A stretch of DNA of 64,000 bases from a bacterium (GCA_024692925.1 JAILLX010000088.1:152-64151), one strand, 5' to 3'; counted from the first letter of the stretch, positions 20,685 through 29,656 are shown. The notes: generated from the letters alone by a model not told the origin. Numbers and translations: made by a program.

Positions 20685-21110
20685 TTATACTATATTCAAA
20701 TCACCAAATGAATCCAACAAATCCAAACTTTTCTTTCGCATAGTCAAAAGATTTTTATTTTTCTTATAGTTATAATTTATATCATTCGAAGCCAAAGCAA
20801 GATCGGAAAAATATTCCTTATTTTTAATTTCATCCTCTGCTTCTCTTTCCATACTACCAAGAAGGACTGCCGAAGACCCATCTGTAAAATCCACACCATT
20901 TGATGCCATCTTTGCTTTTTTACTTGCAACTTTTGATTTAAGAAGGTTTCTTTTTTCCTCCTCATAAAGTTCTTGTTTTTTCCTTAAATTATCCTCTTGA
21001 ATCTTTGCTTCTTTTTTTGCTAATTTTTTTGATTTTTTAGCATCTTGTATATCCATCACGGTTTTCGCAGCAGAAACAACTCCACCAATCACCGCAGCCG
21101 TAGTTCCCAT
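20685..21110 (-). CDS. hypothetical coiled-coil protein (position of T7 gp13-like internal/assembly protein)
   Basis: 141 aa; follows the gp12-like gene as gp13 does in T7; no direct motif. Confidence 0.35.
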   Translation of the reverse strand: MGTTAAVIGGVVSAAKTVMDIQDAKKSKKLAKKEAKIQEDNLRKKQELYEEEKRNLLKSKVASKKAKMASNGVDFTDGSSAVLLGSMEREAEDEIKNKEYFSDLALASNDINYNYKKNKNLLTMRKKSLDLLDSFGDLNIV

Positions 21111-21122
21111 AATAAATACCTC

Positions 21123-22997
21123 CTATCTTATTACATCAACCAACATTGACATATTTAAAATTTTTAATTTACAAGGAGCCGAACTTTGAATTTTAAACAA
21201 AGGAATTTGGTAATTTTTAACAAAACCTTTTCCACGAATTTTTACATCACCAGAAAAATATTCATCATTAAGAATTATATTTTTAAGTCCCGCCCCTGTA
21301 TCTACTTCCAACTTTTCTGTATCCATAAGTCGTAAATTAAGTTCCAACAGTCTTACCGCCTTTGGAATAAAGCTTGAACCAACAAACAAAGGTAAAGGAC
21401 AAAAGATATGAGTAAAAGGAAGCCCAACAACAATATTTTTACAAGGCTTCGGCAAACTAACTTCATTATTTTCCACCCGTAAATTATAAATTTCACCATC
21501 CGCAACAACTACTACATCTTTATTATTTAAAAAGTCCAAATCAGTAATAGTCGAAATTTCCGTTATCGAAGATATTTTCTTTGCTTTATCAAGAAATAAA
21601 TCTTCATCAAAAACTTCTAAACTATAGGTTCCATCTCGTTCCACAACGACATAAACTTTATCAAATAACACAGCCAACGATTTAAACTTTCCATTGGTTT
21701 TATATTGCACCCACGCATTTGTATTATGACTTTTGTTTATAAGAAGTACTGCCAAAGTTCCATCTTCCTGTACAACATAAAGCCTTCGTTTTTTAACATT
21801 ATAATCTTGTTCCAATGGATTATTAAGAAGATGTGACGAAAGCAAAATTAAATCTTCGGATGAATAATTTTCACTTAAATCGCCATAGAAAAACTCTCTT
21901 ATTTCCTTTTTATTTCTTGCCACAAAAATTGTTGAACCTTCTACAAATTTCGGAGCAATATACCTATCATCCACCGACCCAATTTTTGTTTGTTGACTAA
22001 CACTGATATTCGACGGAGTAATCGGATTCCCAACAACCATCCATTCGGAATCAGATGTAAAAACTTGTAAATGTTTACCGGCAAAAACCGAAACTATTTG
22101 ATTACGCTTGTCTGAAAAAATATCAAATTCAATAGCTTCATCATCAAGTCCACTTCCCAAATCGAAATTAAAGTATTCACCAATTTTTGAAAACCACAAC
22201 CTATTTTTTAAAACATCAGTTCCACCAATCACAAGTCTGTTTTGATAAAAAGCAATACTTGCCGGATATCCACTTTTCTCAGAAAATGCCTGTTCTTGCC
22301 AATTTGCATCTGCATCTTTTGAATTCAAATCCACATTAACAGTTGCATTTGCAACACGTCCCGTAGAAACAGAATTTATCAGTATTTCTCCACCATTTAT
22401 CAAAATCTTCACACCGACATAAATACTGGAAAACAAAGATTGACTTGCCACAATTTTTATTTCCCCAGTTGTCCCATTAGGTGTCAATGTAATCCCTTCG
22501 GTACCATCAATTCTTGTATACGGTTCACACGAATATCCATATGTCGGATGTTTAGGATATATCCAAAAAGCAATAGTCCATGTTCCAACCAACTTATTAT
22601 ACCTAATAATCCGAGGCGGAATAAAAGGATGAACCAAATACAAAGTTTGTCCCTTTTGCACCCATCGCATCTTTGGCAAATCAGAAAGAGTATACGGTGA
22701 ATCTAATGTAGTCACAAACTCACCATTTTTATTAAAAATATCAATATATTCATCTCTGAAAAAAAGTAAAAACATACTGTCTTCGGAATATTCAAAGGCA
22801 ATAATTTTCCCATTTGATTCCAAACTTGAAACAAATTTCAAACCGCTTCGTCTTTCAATACCACCTGTCTGAATCACATCAAAATTAGTAAGGTTCATCG
22901 CCGAACTTCTGTATGCCGAAATATTTCCACGCCCAAACAAATTTCGTGAAAGTTCGCCAAACGAAAAATCATTATAAGTAATACTTTGTTTTGCCAT
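21123..22997 (-). CDS. T7 gp12-like tail tubular protein B
   Basis: 624 aa; KNRLWFSKIGEYFNFDLGSGLDDEAIEFD aligns to T7 gp12 RNRLGFLSG..AKYFNFYP..LSDDDPID; gene order gp11-gp12 preserved. Confidence 0.7.
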   Translation of the reverse strand: MAKQSITYNDFSFGELSRNLFGRGNISAYRSSAMNLTNFDVIQTGGIERRSGLKFVSSLESNGKIIAFEYSEDSMFLLFFRDEYIDIFNKNGEFVTTLDSPYTLSDLPKMRWVQKGQTLYLVHPFIPPRIIRYNKLVGTWTIAFWIYPKHPTYGYSCEPYTRIDGTEGITLTPNGTTGEIKIVASQSLFSSIYVGVKILINGGEILINSVSTGRVANATVNVDLNSKDADANWQEQAFSEKSGYPASIAFYQNRLVIGGTDVLKNRLWFSKIGEYFNFDLGSGLDDEAIEFDIFSDKRNQIVSVFAGKHLQVFTSDSEWMVVGNPITPSNISVSQQTKIGSVDDRYIAPKFVEGSTIFVARNKKEIREFFYGDLSENYSSEDLILLSSHLLNNPLEQDYNVKKRRLYVVQEDGTLAVLLINKSHNTNAWVQYKTNGKFKSLAVLFDKVYVVVERDGTYSLEVFDEDLFLDKAKKISSITEISTITDLDFLNNKDVVVVADGEIYNLRVENNEVSLPKPCKNIVVGLPFTHIFCPLPLFVGSSFIPKAVRLLELNLRLMDTEKLEVDTGAGLKNIILNDEYFSGDVKIRGKGFVKNYQIPLFKIQSSAPCKLKILNMSMLVDVIR

Positions 22998-23005
22998 TAC
23001 TCCTC

Positions 23006-23569
23006 CTATTTTCTTGCATCAATCAAAGAAAAATTTTTCAAAGATTCTGTTGTTTGTTGCATACCATCTATTGATTTTGCTTCTTTTATTTCAGAATTAA
23101 AAAGCCTGTAAAATAATGAATATTTTGATGTATCATTCAAAAGAGAAATCGAAAGTTCGGCAGCCATCAAATAAATAAATGATGAAACAAAAAGTGGTGA
23201 AAAACAATCCTCTCCTACATCAGAAATATACTCAAGTTCCACTTCTTCATCATTACAAAACAAATAGCTCCCTGCAATTTTGTATTTTACTCCTGATGAA
23301 ATTTTCACCGCCCTTAAAAAATCAGCCGGAAGAATATATGCATAACTGTAATCATAACGATTAACATCATCAGCCCTTGTCAACAACGCTGTTTTCAAGG
23401 CAAAACTCCACGCATAAAGGCAAAGAAGTTTTTGTTTTAATCCCAAATAAATACTTTCACAAATTTCCGATTCAACAGTTCCATCTTCAAAAGAAGTTAT
23501 CGAATTCGCCCCAATTTTATTAAGGGCTTTTGAACATAATTCAATATTTGAAAAACTCATATTACTCAC
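23006..23569 (-). CDS. T7 gp11-like tail tubular protein A
   Basis: 187 aa; N-terminus ELCSKALNKIGANSITSFEDG aligns to T7 gp11 [23 protein letters not shown]; size matches (196 aa). Confidence 0.65.
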   Translation of the reverse strand: MSNMSFSNIELCSKALNKIGANSITSFEDGTVESEICESIYLGLKQKLLCLYAWSFALKTALLTRADDVNRYDYSYAYILPADFLRAVKISSGVKYKIAGSYLFCNDEEVELEYISDVGEDCFSPLFVSSFIYLMAAELSISLLNDTSKYSLFYRLFNSEIKEAKSIDGMQQTTESLKNFSLIDARK

Positions 23570-23615
23570 CTTTTCCCTTTTTAAAAAAAGGGGGTCATTG
23601 CCCCCTTAAAATTTA

Positions 23616-23861
23616 CTAAACAACAGAAGATATACTTACTACACCCGCAGTAATCGCACTTACAACAAATATAGTTGTTTCCATTGTTCCATTTATAGAA
23701 GAAGATACAACAATCAAATCACCAACATTATAAATATTTGCAACATCGTTAAAATATCCTGATGTTGAAACAACACTCTTTGCATCTTCTGTTTTATAAT
23801 GCCACAAAGTAAAACCATTCGCATACGCAAGAACAGATAAATTTTTTGAATTCATACTCAT
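23616..23861 (-). CDS. hypothetical small protein between the capsid and tail tubular A genes
   Basis: 81 aa intact ORF; hydrophobic C-terminus. Confidence 0.35.
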   Translation of the reverse strand: MSMNSKNLSVLAYANGFTLWHYKTEDAKSVVSTSGYFNDVANIYNVGDLIVVSSSINGTMETTIFVVSAITAGVVSISSVV

Positions 23862-23896
23862 TTTATTTTTTCCTTTCCTTTTTTTATTTATAAAGC

Positions 23897-24727
23897 CTAA
23901 GCAATTGTTGCATCATCATCGCAAAGGATTTTTACAATACCTAAATTATCAATAAGTTTTGCACCCTGACTCATACAATTTGATACGAAATGAGATGCTC
24001 TTTCGCCATGCCATGAAATATCAGTTTTTACATCACAACCTGATGCATGACCTATTGCATTTTTGTGATAAATAAAGCAACTACGATTACCATCAGCAAT
24101 TGGCAAAGAATTATGTAAAATCCAATTAATTCCCATCCATTTTCTTGATTCTGTACCTTTCAAAAGAGGATATGAATCACCAACATAATCAGCACTGGAA
24201 AATTCTTCCATACTTAAAAGTTCATTCCATTGATGCACACCAACAACACCAAATCTTTGGCCATCATCCGGCACATCATTTGCATTTAAAAATTCTAATG
24301 CTTCAAAAATTTTTGATTTAGTAAGACCTGTTGAACCGGCACTAACCGCATTTGTTGCTTTATCAAGTTCTGAAATAATAAGTTCATCACTTTTTCTTCC
24401 CAAAGCATACGCACCAGCCGATGCAACAACTCTTCTTTCATCAATGTTTGTTTTAAGTTCATCAAGCTCGTCAACCCAATCCCCAGCATAGTAATCAGTA
24501 AGTACACATTCAACTGGTGTATGATCCAAATTCATCACTGGAACAAGTCCGTGTCTTGATTTAGTCGAAGCAATCCCCTTACCAATTTTTTGAAAAGTTG
24601 TTGAACTACCTCTTACATCATTTTTTGTTCTAACTGTTGAACGAAGTTTTGTTCCCATTTGTTGAAAAGCAAGGTGAACTTCCGCTTCGAATTGTTTTAT
24701 AAATACATTATCAATAGATACTGACAT
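23897..24727 (-). CDS. T7 gp10-like major capsid protein (HK97 fold)
   Basis: 276 aa; FEAEVHLAFQQ..RSTVRTKNDVRGSSTTFQKIGKG..ASAGAYALGRKSDELIISEL aligns to T7 gp10A FGGEVLTAF..SVTTSRHMVRSISSGKSAQFPVLGR..SQLGESLAMAADGAVLAEI. Confidence 0.78.
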   Translation of the reverse strand: MSVSIDNVFIKQFEAEVHLAFQQMGTKLRSTVRTKNDVRGSSTTFQKIGKGIASTKSRHGLVPVMNLDHTPVECVLTDYYAGDWVDELDELKTNIDERRVVASAGAYALGRKSDELIISELDKATNAVSAGSTGLTKSKIFEALEFLNANDVPDDGQRFGVVGVHQWNELLSMEEFSSADYVGDSYPLLKGTESRKWMGINWILHNSLPIADGNRSCFIYHKNAIGHASGCDVKTDISWHGERASHFVSNCMSQGAKLIDNLGIVKILCDDDATIA

Positions 24728-24835
24728 ATTTTAATCTCCTATATTTTATTAAAAAAAAGAGCAATATTTCTATTACCCAAACAAAAAATCCGCCTTGAAA
24801 CCAAGACGGATAAAAGTATAATTAAATCTTAAATT

Positions 24836-25396
24836 TTATTTTTTTACTTTTGTAATAATTGGTTCAATTCCCCTTACAATTCCATGCATCGAAGATATTG
24901 TAAACAAAACAGAAGCAAAAAATAGTACGAAAATTTGCACCGAAGATTCAATCAACTGTTTCGAATATTTTGTTAAAACCAAAAGATCTGTGTAAAACAA
25001 AATTGCAAATGCGAATGATACCAAAAATGAAACCAAAAGTTCGTATTTAAAAGATTTATTAAACACATATTCTATCTTTAATTTTTTCGATTTAATCATA
25101 ACATATTTTAAAATACCACACACAATAATAAAAGGCATAAATACTTTCACAATATTAAAAATTGCATCCACAACACCAATAAACATTATTTCGATTGGGT
25201 TCATTGCAAATCCAACAAGTTTATAAGTTTCCAACTTTTTAACAAAGGATTGTGTAAAGCATAAAATTACAGAAAGTACCAATACTGTTTTAATTATTGC
25301 ACCGGTATGATTATAAAAAAATCCCAACAATTTTCCAAAAAACGAAGATTTTTTATTTTCCTGTTTTCTGGTCTTGTTGGGATCCGAAACTACCAA
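24836..25396 (-). CDS. hypothetical polytopic membrane protein
   Basis: 186 aa; ~4 hydrophobic helices. Confidence 0.45.
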   Translation of the reverse strand: MVVSDPNKTRKQENKKSSFFGKLLGFFYNHTGAIIKTVLVLSVILCFTQSFVKKLETYKLVGFAMNPIEIMFIGVVDAIFNIVKVFMPFIIVCGILKYVMIKSKKLKIEYVFNKSFKYELLVSFLVSFAFAILFYTDLLVLTKYSKQLIESSVQIFVLFFASVLFTISSMHGIVRGIEPIITKVKK

Positions 25397-25404
25397 AGAA
25401 ATTT

Positions 25405-25839
25405 CTACTTCTTTGCTACTTTTTTTTTTGCTACTGGTTTAACAGCTTTCTTAACAGAAGCAACTTTTACAGCAGCTTTCTTAACAACGATTTTCTTTTT
25501 TGCTGGAGCTTTTACTGCAACTTTTTTTGCAGGAGCTTTTTTAGCAACTACTTTTTTAGCAGGAGCCTTTTTAACAGCAACCTTTTTAGCAGGAGCTTTT
25601 TTAGCAACTACTTTTTTAGCAGGTGCTTTTTTAACAGCAACTTTTTTTGCAACTACTTTTTTTGCTGGAGCTTTTTTAACAGCTACTTTTTTAGCAGGTG
25701 CCTTTTTAGCAGGAGCTTTCTTAACAGTAACTTTTTTTACTTCAACTTTTTTAACAGTAGTTTTTTTAACTTCAACTTTTTTTGCAGCTGGTTTTTTAGC
25801 AGCAGGTTTTACAGTTTTTTTAATTATACTTTTAAACAT
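25405..25839 (-). CDS. histone H1-like / Hc1-like Lys-Ala-rich DNA-binding protein (start reassigned to MFKS with AAGGAG RBS)
   Basis: ~144 aa; almost entirely KKAPAKKV(A/V)V decapeptide repeats; pI strongly basic. Confidence 0.72.
   Translation of the reverse strand: MFKSIIKKTVKPAAKKPAAKKVEVKKTTVKKVEVKKVTVKKAPAKKAPAKKVAVKKAPAKKVVAKKVAVKKAPAKKVVAKKAPAKKVAVKKAPAKKVVAKKAPAKKVAVKAPAKKKIVVKKAAVKVASVKKAVKPVAKKKVAKK
25440..25830. repeat. tandem ~30-nt coding repeats inside the H1-like gene
   Basis: gcaggagcttttttagcaactacttttttag... repeated >8x; the antisense ORFs 25297..25909 are artefacts of this repeat. Confidence 0.75.
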
Positions 25840-25929
25840 AATTCTCTCCTTAATTAAAACAAAAGACAATTACAATATACCACATAAAAAAGAATACTGC
25901 AATACTTAAATTAAAAAAATGCAAAAAAA

Positions 25930-26523
25930 TTATTCATCACCATACAAAAATTTAAAACCATCATCAACTTTTTTTATAAAATTTTTATCATTATCTCTCC
26001 AATATTTTGGATCCTTCATCATCTCTTTTAATTTTTCTTCTGTAATGACATCAGCAACTTCACCAGATTTTGCCATAACTTTTGGTTCACCCGAAGTCAT
26101 CATATTGTAAAGTGCAATCACGCCATAAAAAGATGTATTCAAAGATTGATAAATTTCAGCCGGTAAATTTTTATCAGCCCACAAAGAAATTTGTCGTGCA
26201 ATTTCATCAAATCTTTCTTCACCACCAAAATAATTTTCAAGCTTTGATAATTCTTTGTAAAGTTTAAATTCATTAACAACTTCCCTGATTTTTGGAATCA
26301 TAATTTCCGCAGCCAAATCATAAACAAGTTGTGCCTGTTCATTTGTAAATCCTGCAACTTTAAGCCTTTTGTTTACCTCTTCATCAATTGTTAAAAATTG
26401 GCTGTGAAGAACTATTTCATATCCCTTTTCTGCACCATCAGTTTTAAGTGCCAAATCCAAAATATCTTTGTTTGGATTAGTTTGCTTTTCATCCTGTTTT
26501 ATTTCAATTTTTTTATCTTCCAT
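25930..26523 (-). CDS. acidic helical protein, possible capsid scaffolding protein
   Basis: 197 aa; acidic, helical; position upstream of the capsid gene as gp9 is in T7; no direct motif. Confidence 0.3.
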   Translation of the reverse strand: MEDKKIEIKQDEKQTNPNKDILDLALKTDGAEKGYEIVLHSQFLTIDEEVNKRLKVAGFTNEQAQLVYDLAAEIMIPKIREVVNEFKLYKELSKLENYFGGEERFDEIARQISLWADKNLPAEIYQSLNTSFYGVIALYNMMTSGEPKVMAKSGEVADVITEEKLKEMMKDPKYWRDNDKNFIKKVDDGFKFLYGDE

Positions 26524-26637
26524 TTTTACCTCTATATAATTTAGTTTTCAAAAAATCAAACAACTCTATTAAAAAGAAATATTTGAATTTTCGTTTTTTA
26601 AATATTAACTTTAAAAGGAAACAAAGTTTCGACATAC

Positions 26638-26850
26638 TTATTTTTTTTTAGAATTTAGTTCATCGATTTTTGTTTGCAAACTGTCGGTAAGTTCACGACC
26701 CAAAAATATCACTCCGAACAAAGGAATAATAATCTGAAGTAAATCAATCAAACTTACATCGCCAACCAAATACATCGCAATACAAGAAATAAAACTTACA
26801 ACTGATGTGACCAAAGTTTTTTTATTTTTTAAGCAACCACCAATATTCAT
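26638..26850 (-). CDS. possible holin-like small membrane protein (start at internal MNIGG)
   Basis: ~70 aa; two TM helices followed by charged C-terminus (..LTDSLQTKIDELNSKKK). Confidence 0.3.
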   Translation of the reverse strand: MNIGGCLKNKKTLVTSVVSFISCIAMYLVGDVSLIDLLQIIIPLFGVIFLGRELTDSLQTKIDELNSKKK

Positions 26851-26866
26851 AATAACTCCTTTATTT

Positions 26867-27331
26867 TTACACATAAACATCAAAGAAAGAAAAACCATCC
26901 ACAATAAATTTTGGTTTAACATTGTTTGTTAAAAGATGGCTTTCCAATTTTTTATGAAAAGACAAAATATTTGAAAACTCTTCTTTTAAATTTCCACTTA
27001 ACACTTCATTTGCAATCTTTAAACATTTTTTGAAAACAGAATTATCAACACAAATTTCATCCATCATTTTCAAATTTTTCCAACATCGAAGTGATGTAAG
27101 TTCACTAACCATATTTGGTACATCATCAGAAATTTCCGCCTCAAAAATAAATCTGTTCATCAAAGTATTTGCAATCAATTCAATAAATTTATCACTTGGA
27201 TTTTTTGTTATTGCAAACAAAGTCTTTGCAAAAATAAATTTATTGATATTAGAATTAAGTTTAAGTTTTTTTATAAAATTTTTCTTTTCACCAACAATCA
27301 ATTTATTTACCTCCTGAAATTTTTTCCTCAA
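26867..27331 (-). CDS. hypothetical protein
   Basis: 154 aa ORF; no motifs. Confidence 0.35.
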   Translation of the reverse strand: MRKKFQEVNKLIVGEKKNFIKKLKLNSNINKFIFAKTLFAITKNPSDKFIELIANTLMNRFIFEAEISDDVPNMVSELTSLRCWKNLKMMDEICVDNSVFKKCLKIANEVLSGNLKEEFSNILSFHKKLESHLLTNNVKPKFIVDGFSFFDVYV

Positions 27332-27599
27332 TACGCAAAAGATGAGCCGTCAGTCTGTTTTCCACATCTTTCAAACAAGAAATAGATGCATAATTAACTG
27401 CGACATCAACCCTAAAGGAGGCAAGATTTTCAATCAAAGTAATTACATCTTTTTTTGATTTTGCCTCTACCTCCTTTACATAATTTTGCAAAAGGTAAAT
27501 ACTATTTTTCAAAAGCCAAAACCCACCCGCAAACAATGGAATTTCGACAACACTTATCCACCAGGATAAATTTATATTTTCCATTTTCACCCCCAACAA
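27303..27599 (-). CDS. hypothetical protein with N-terminal TM helix and coiled coil
   Basis: 98 aa; WWISVVEIPLFAGGFWLL TM segment. Confidence 0.35.
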   Translation of the reverse strand: MLGVKMENINLSWWISVVEIPLFAGGFWLLKNSIYLLQNYVKEVEAKSKKDVITLIENLASFRVDVAVNYASISCLKDVENRLTAHLLRIEEKISGGK

Positions 27600-27814
27600 T
27601 TTATGATTTTCGACCTAATGGGATAAGGAAATAATTTGCAAGAAAAGAAATTCATTGCAAACTTTTAAAACAACTTAAAAAAGAAATAAAAACGAAAAAG
27701 ACAAAGATTACTTTGGATATACTTATCCCATTAGTTGCCAAACACTATACCACATTTTTATCAAATTGTCAAGAACAAAATTGGAACAAATTTATTTTTC
27801 AAAACAAAAATCTG

Positions 27815-28315
27815 CTATAAATCAAGGCAATACCTTGAGTTTTTAAGGATAATATTTTTTTGTTTTCCAGTAATTTCTTCGATTTTTTTCCTTAAATTAT
27901 AGATATGCGTAGCCAAACTTTTCATCTGGGATTCGGTATTTTTTGAAAAAATCGCAATCGCCAAATCAGATGCCAAAATACCATCACTATTATTCATCAA
28001 TAACGAAAGAATTTTCACCTCTATATCCGTAAGCAATGCAACCTTATCACAAAATTTCATTTGTTTTAATTTTTGATTTAATGACATATTTCCAAATACA
28101 ATATCAACATTTTCACTTATCTTTGAAACCAAGTAAAATATATCAACCGGCTTTTCAAATACCATAGTTTCATTTACAACAATCCTGTCACCCAAATCAT
28201 CAAATACAAAATCCCCAGACCCCCTATCCACAACCTTAAATCCAAAAGTTGTAAATAAATCAGCAAAAGTCTGATACAAAATTTTATCGTCTATATTTAA
28301 ACAAATTGTCTTCAT
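27815..28315 (-). CDS. OmpR/PhoB-type winged-helix regulator with degenerate receiver-like N-terminus
   Basis: 166 aa; C-terminus LTDIEVKILSLLMNN.DGILASDLAIAIF......MKSLATHIYNLRKKIEEIT..KNIILKNSRYCL matches trans_reg_C; N-terminal alpha/beta region without the canonical phospho-Asp context. Confidence 0.6.
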   Translation of the reverse strand: MKTICLNIDDKILYQTFADLFTTFGFKVVDRGSGDFVFDDLGDRIVVNETMVFEKPVDIFYLVSKISENVDIVFGNMSLNQKLKQMKFCDKVALLTDIEVKILSLLMNNSDGILASDLAIAIFSKNTESQMKSLATHIYNLRKKIEEITGKQKNIILKNSRYCLDL

Positions 28316-28396
28316 AACTCCCTATTATAAAATATAAACTTGTATTTATAAAGTAAAAAATGTATAATAGGAACATATTAATAAAGGAGATAAAAA

Positions 28397-29023
28397 ATGA
28401 AAAATTTTATAAAAGTTTTATCAATAGTTTCACTTCTTGCTGGTTGTAGTGCAGCTTACACACAAATGTCGAAAAGTGATATGGAAATCAAAACCAATAT
28501 GACAAAGACAATATGGCTTACACCAACAAACCCTGCTGACACAACAATCTTTGTTCAAAGCAGAAATACTTCTGATAACAAATCATTCAATGATTTAGGA
28601 AAATATATAAAAGTTGCATTAGAAGAAAAGGGCTATCAAACAACAAACAATCCAAAAACTGCAACATTCGTTCTTCAGGCAAATGTCCTAAAGGCTATAC
28701 TTTACAACAAGAGCATAAGCGAAGATAAGGCATCATCCGATGCATCAGTAGCAGCCCTTGGAACTGGACTTCTTGTTGGAAGAAAAAATAACGATTTGAC
28801 AAGTGTTCTTGCCGGTGCTGGTGCTGGACTTGCAACAATGTATTTCGATGCAAAAACAAAGGATGCAACCTACATTGTACAAGTTGATATAAGAATTTTA
28901 GAGGGAAAAACTCCATACACAACTGTTCTTAATTTAGAGGCATCCCAAGTAAACCTTGCACCAGAAGACGCAACTTCAAAGATAAAAGAAAACATTGCTA
29001 ATTCATTATCTGGTTTATTCTAG
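28397..29023 (+). CDS. traT: TraT-like outer-membrane lipoprotein (complement resistance/surface exclusion family)
   Basis: 208 aa; lipobox LLAGCS; MEIKTNMTKTIWLTPTN..TIFVQSRNTSDNK aligns to F-plasmid TraT LEVKTQMSETIWLEP..TVFLQIKNTSDKD; ..QANVLKA.. conserved. Confidence 0.78.
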   Translation: MKNFIKVLSIVSLLAGCSAAYTQMSKSDMEIKTNMTKTIWLTPTNPADTTIFVQSRNTSDNKSFNDLGKYIKVALEEKGYQTTNNPKTATFVLQANVLKAILYNKSISEDKASSDASVAALGTGLLVGRKNNDLTSVLAGAGAGLATMYFDAKTKDATYIVQVDIRILEGKTPYTTVLNLEASQVNLAPEDATSKIKENIANSLSGLF

Positions 29024-29043
29024 TATAAAGAAAGGTAAAAAAT

Positions 29044-29074
29044 TTCCCCATCATAAGGTGGGGATTTTTTATTT
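29044..29074. terminator. bidirectional rho-independent terminator between traT-like and tsaB
   Basis: tcccca...tgggga hairpin flanked by A-run and T-run. Confidence 0.55.
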
Positions 29075-29656
29075 TGCCTTAACCTTTGCATAATGCGGTT
29101 TAATATAGGTTGGTTCAATTGGTTTCTGTTCAAAAGTTGACTTATCAAAAGTTTTTTCCACCTGCAAAAGCACCTTTTCAACATTTACCTTTAAATCAAA
29201 ATAAACAAATTCCAGCGGATGAAAGTTTTCTTTTTTTACAAGTTTACCTTCCTCCAACAACTTTCCATCACACGAAAATTTTGCAACAAAAAGTTCCGAC
29301 ATCCCAGACGGAATTGCAATATAAAAATCTTCACCTTTTTTTTCTACCTCATCCATCACAGAATAAAGCAATGCCGTAAAGTTATTAAGGGTTATAACTG
29401 GCACACCAACCGCAATATTAAACCCTTTCACCACCGAAAGCCCAAGCCTTATCCCTGTAAATGACCCCGGACCAGACAAACACACAATAAAATCCAAATC
29501 TGAAATTTTATTTTTTCCTAAAGCCTCACTAATCAAAGGAAAAATTTTTTCTGATTGTTGAACCTGATTGGAACTTTCGACCAAATTAAACTTGTCGCCA
29601 TCTTTAAACCCAAGGCTTAAATTTTTTTCCACAGTATTTATATATAAACTTTTCAT
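29069..29656 (-). CDS. tsaB: tRNA threonylcarbamoyladenosine biosynthesis protein TsaB (start at MKSLYI)
   Basis: GPGSFTGIRLG motif characteristic of YeaZ/TsaB. Confidence 0.82.
   Translation of the reverse strand: MKSLYINTVEKNLSLGFKDGDKFNLVESSNQVQQSEKIFPLISEALGKNKISDLDFIVCLSGPGSFTGIRLGLSVVKGFNIAVGVPVITLNNFTALLYSVMDEVEKKGEDFYIAIPSGMSELFVAKFSCDGKLLEEGKLVKKENFHPLEFVYFDLKVNVEKVLLQVEKTFDKSTFEQKPIEPTYIKPHYAKVKAK

Noticed and set aside
25440-25830. Regular ~30-nt periodic repeat that could be mistaken for a CRISPR array
   Set aside because: The repeats are contiguous with no unique spacers, lie inside an ORF in frame, and encode KKAPAKKVAV decapeptides. This is a coding tandem repeat, not a CRISPR array.
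25297-25909. Two long plus-strand ORFs (186 aa and 200 aa) rich in Phe/Leu/Ala/Thr
   Set aside because: They are antisense frames of the Lys/Ala tandem-repeat H1-like gene, since poly-AAG/GCT repeats read on the opposite strand give Phe/Leu/Ala. There is no RBS. They are artefacts of the repeat.
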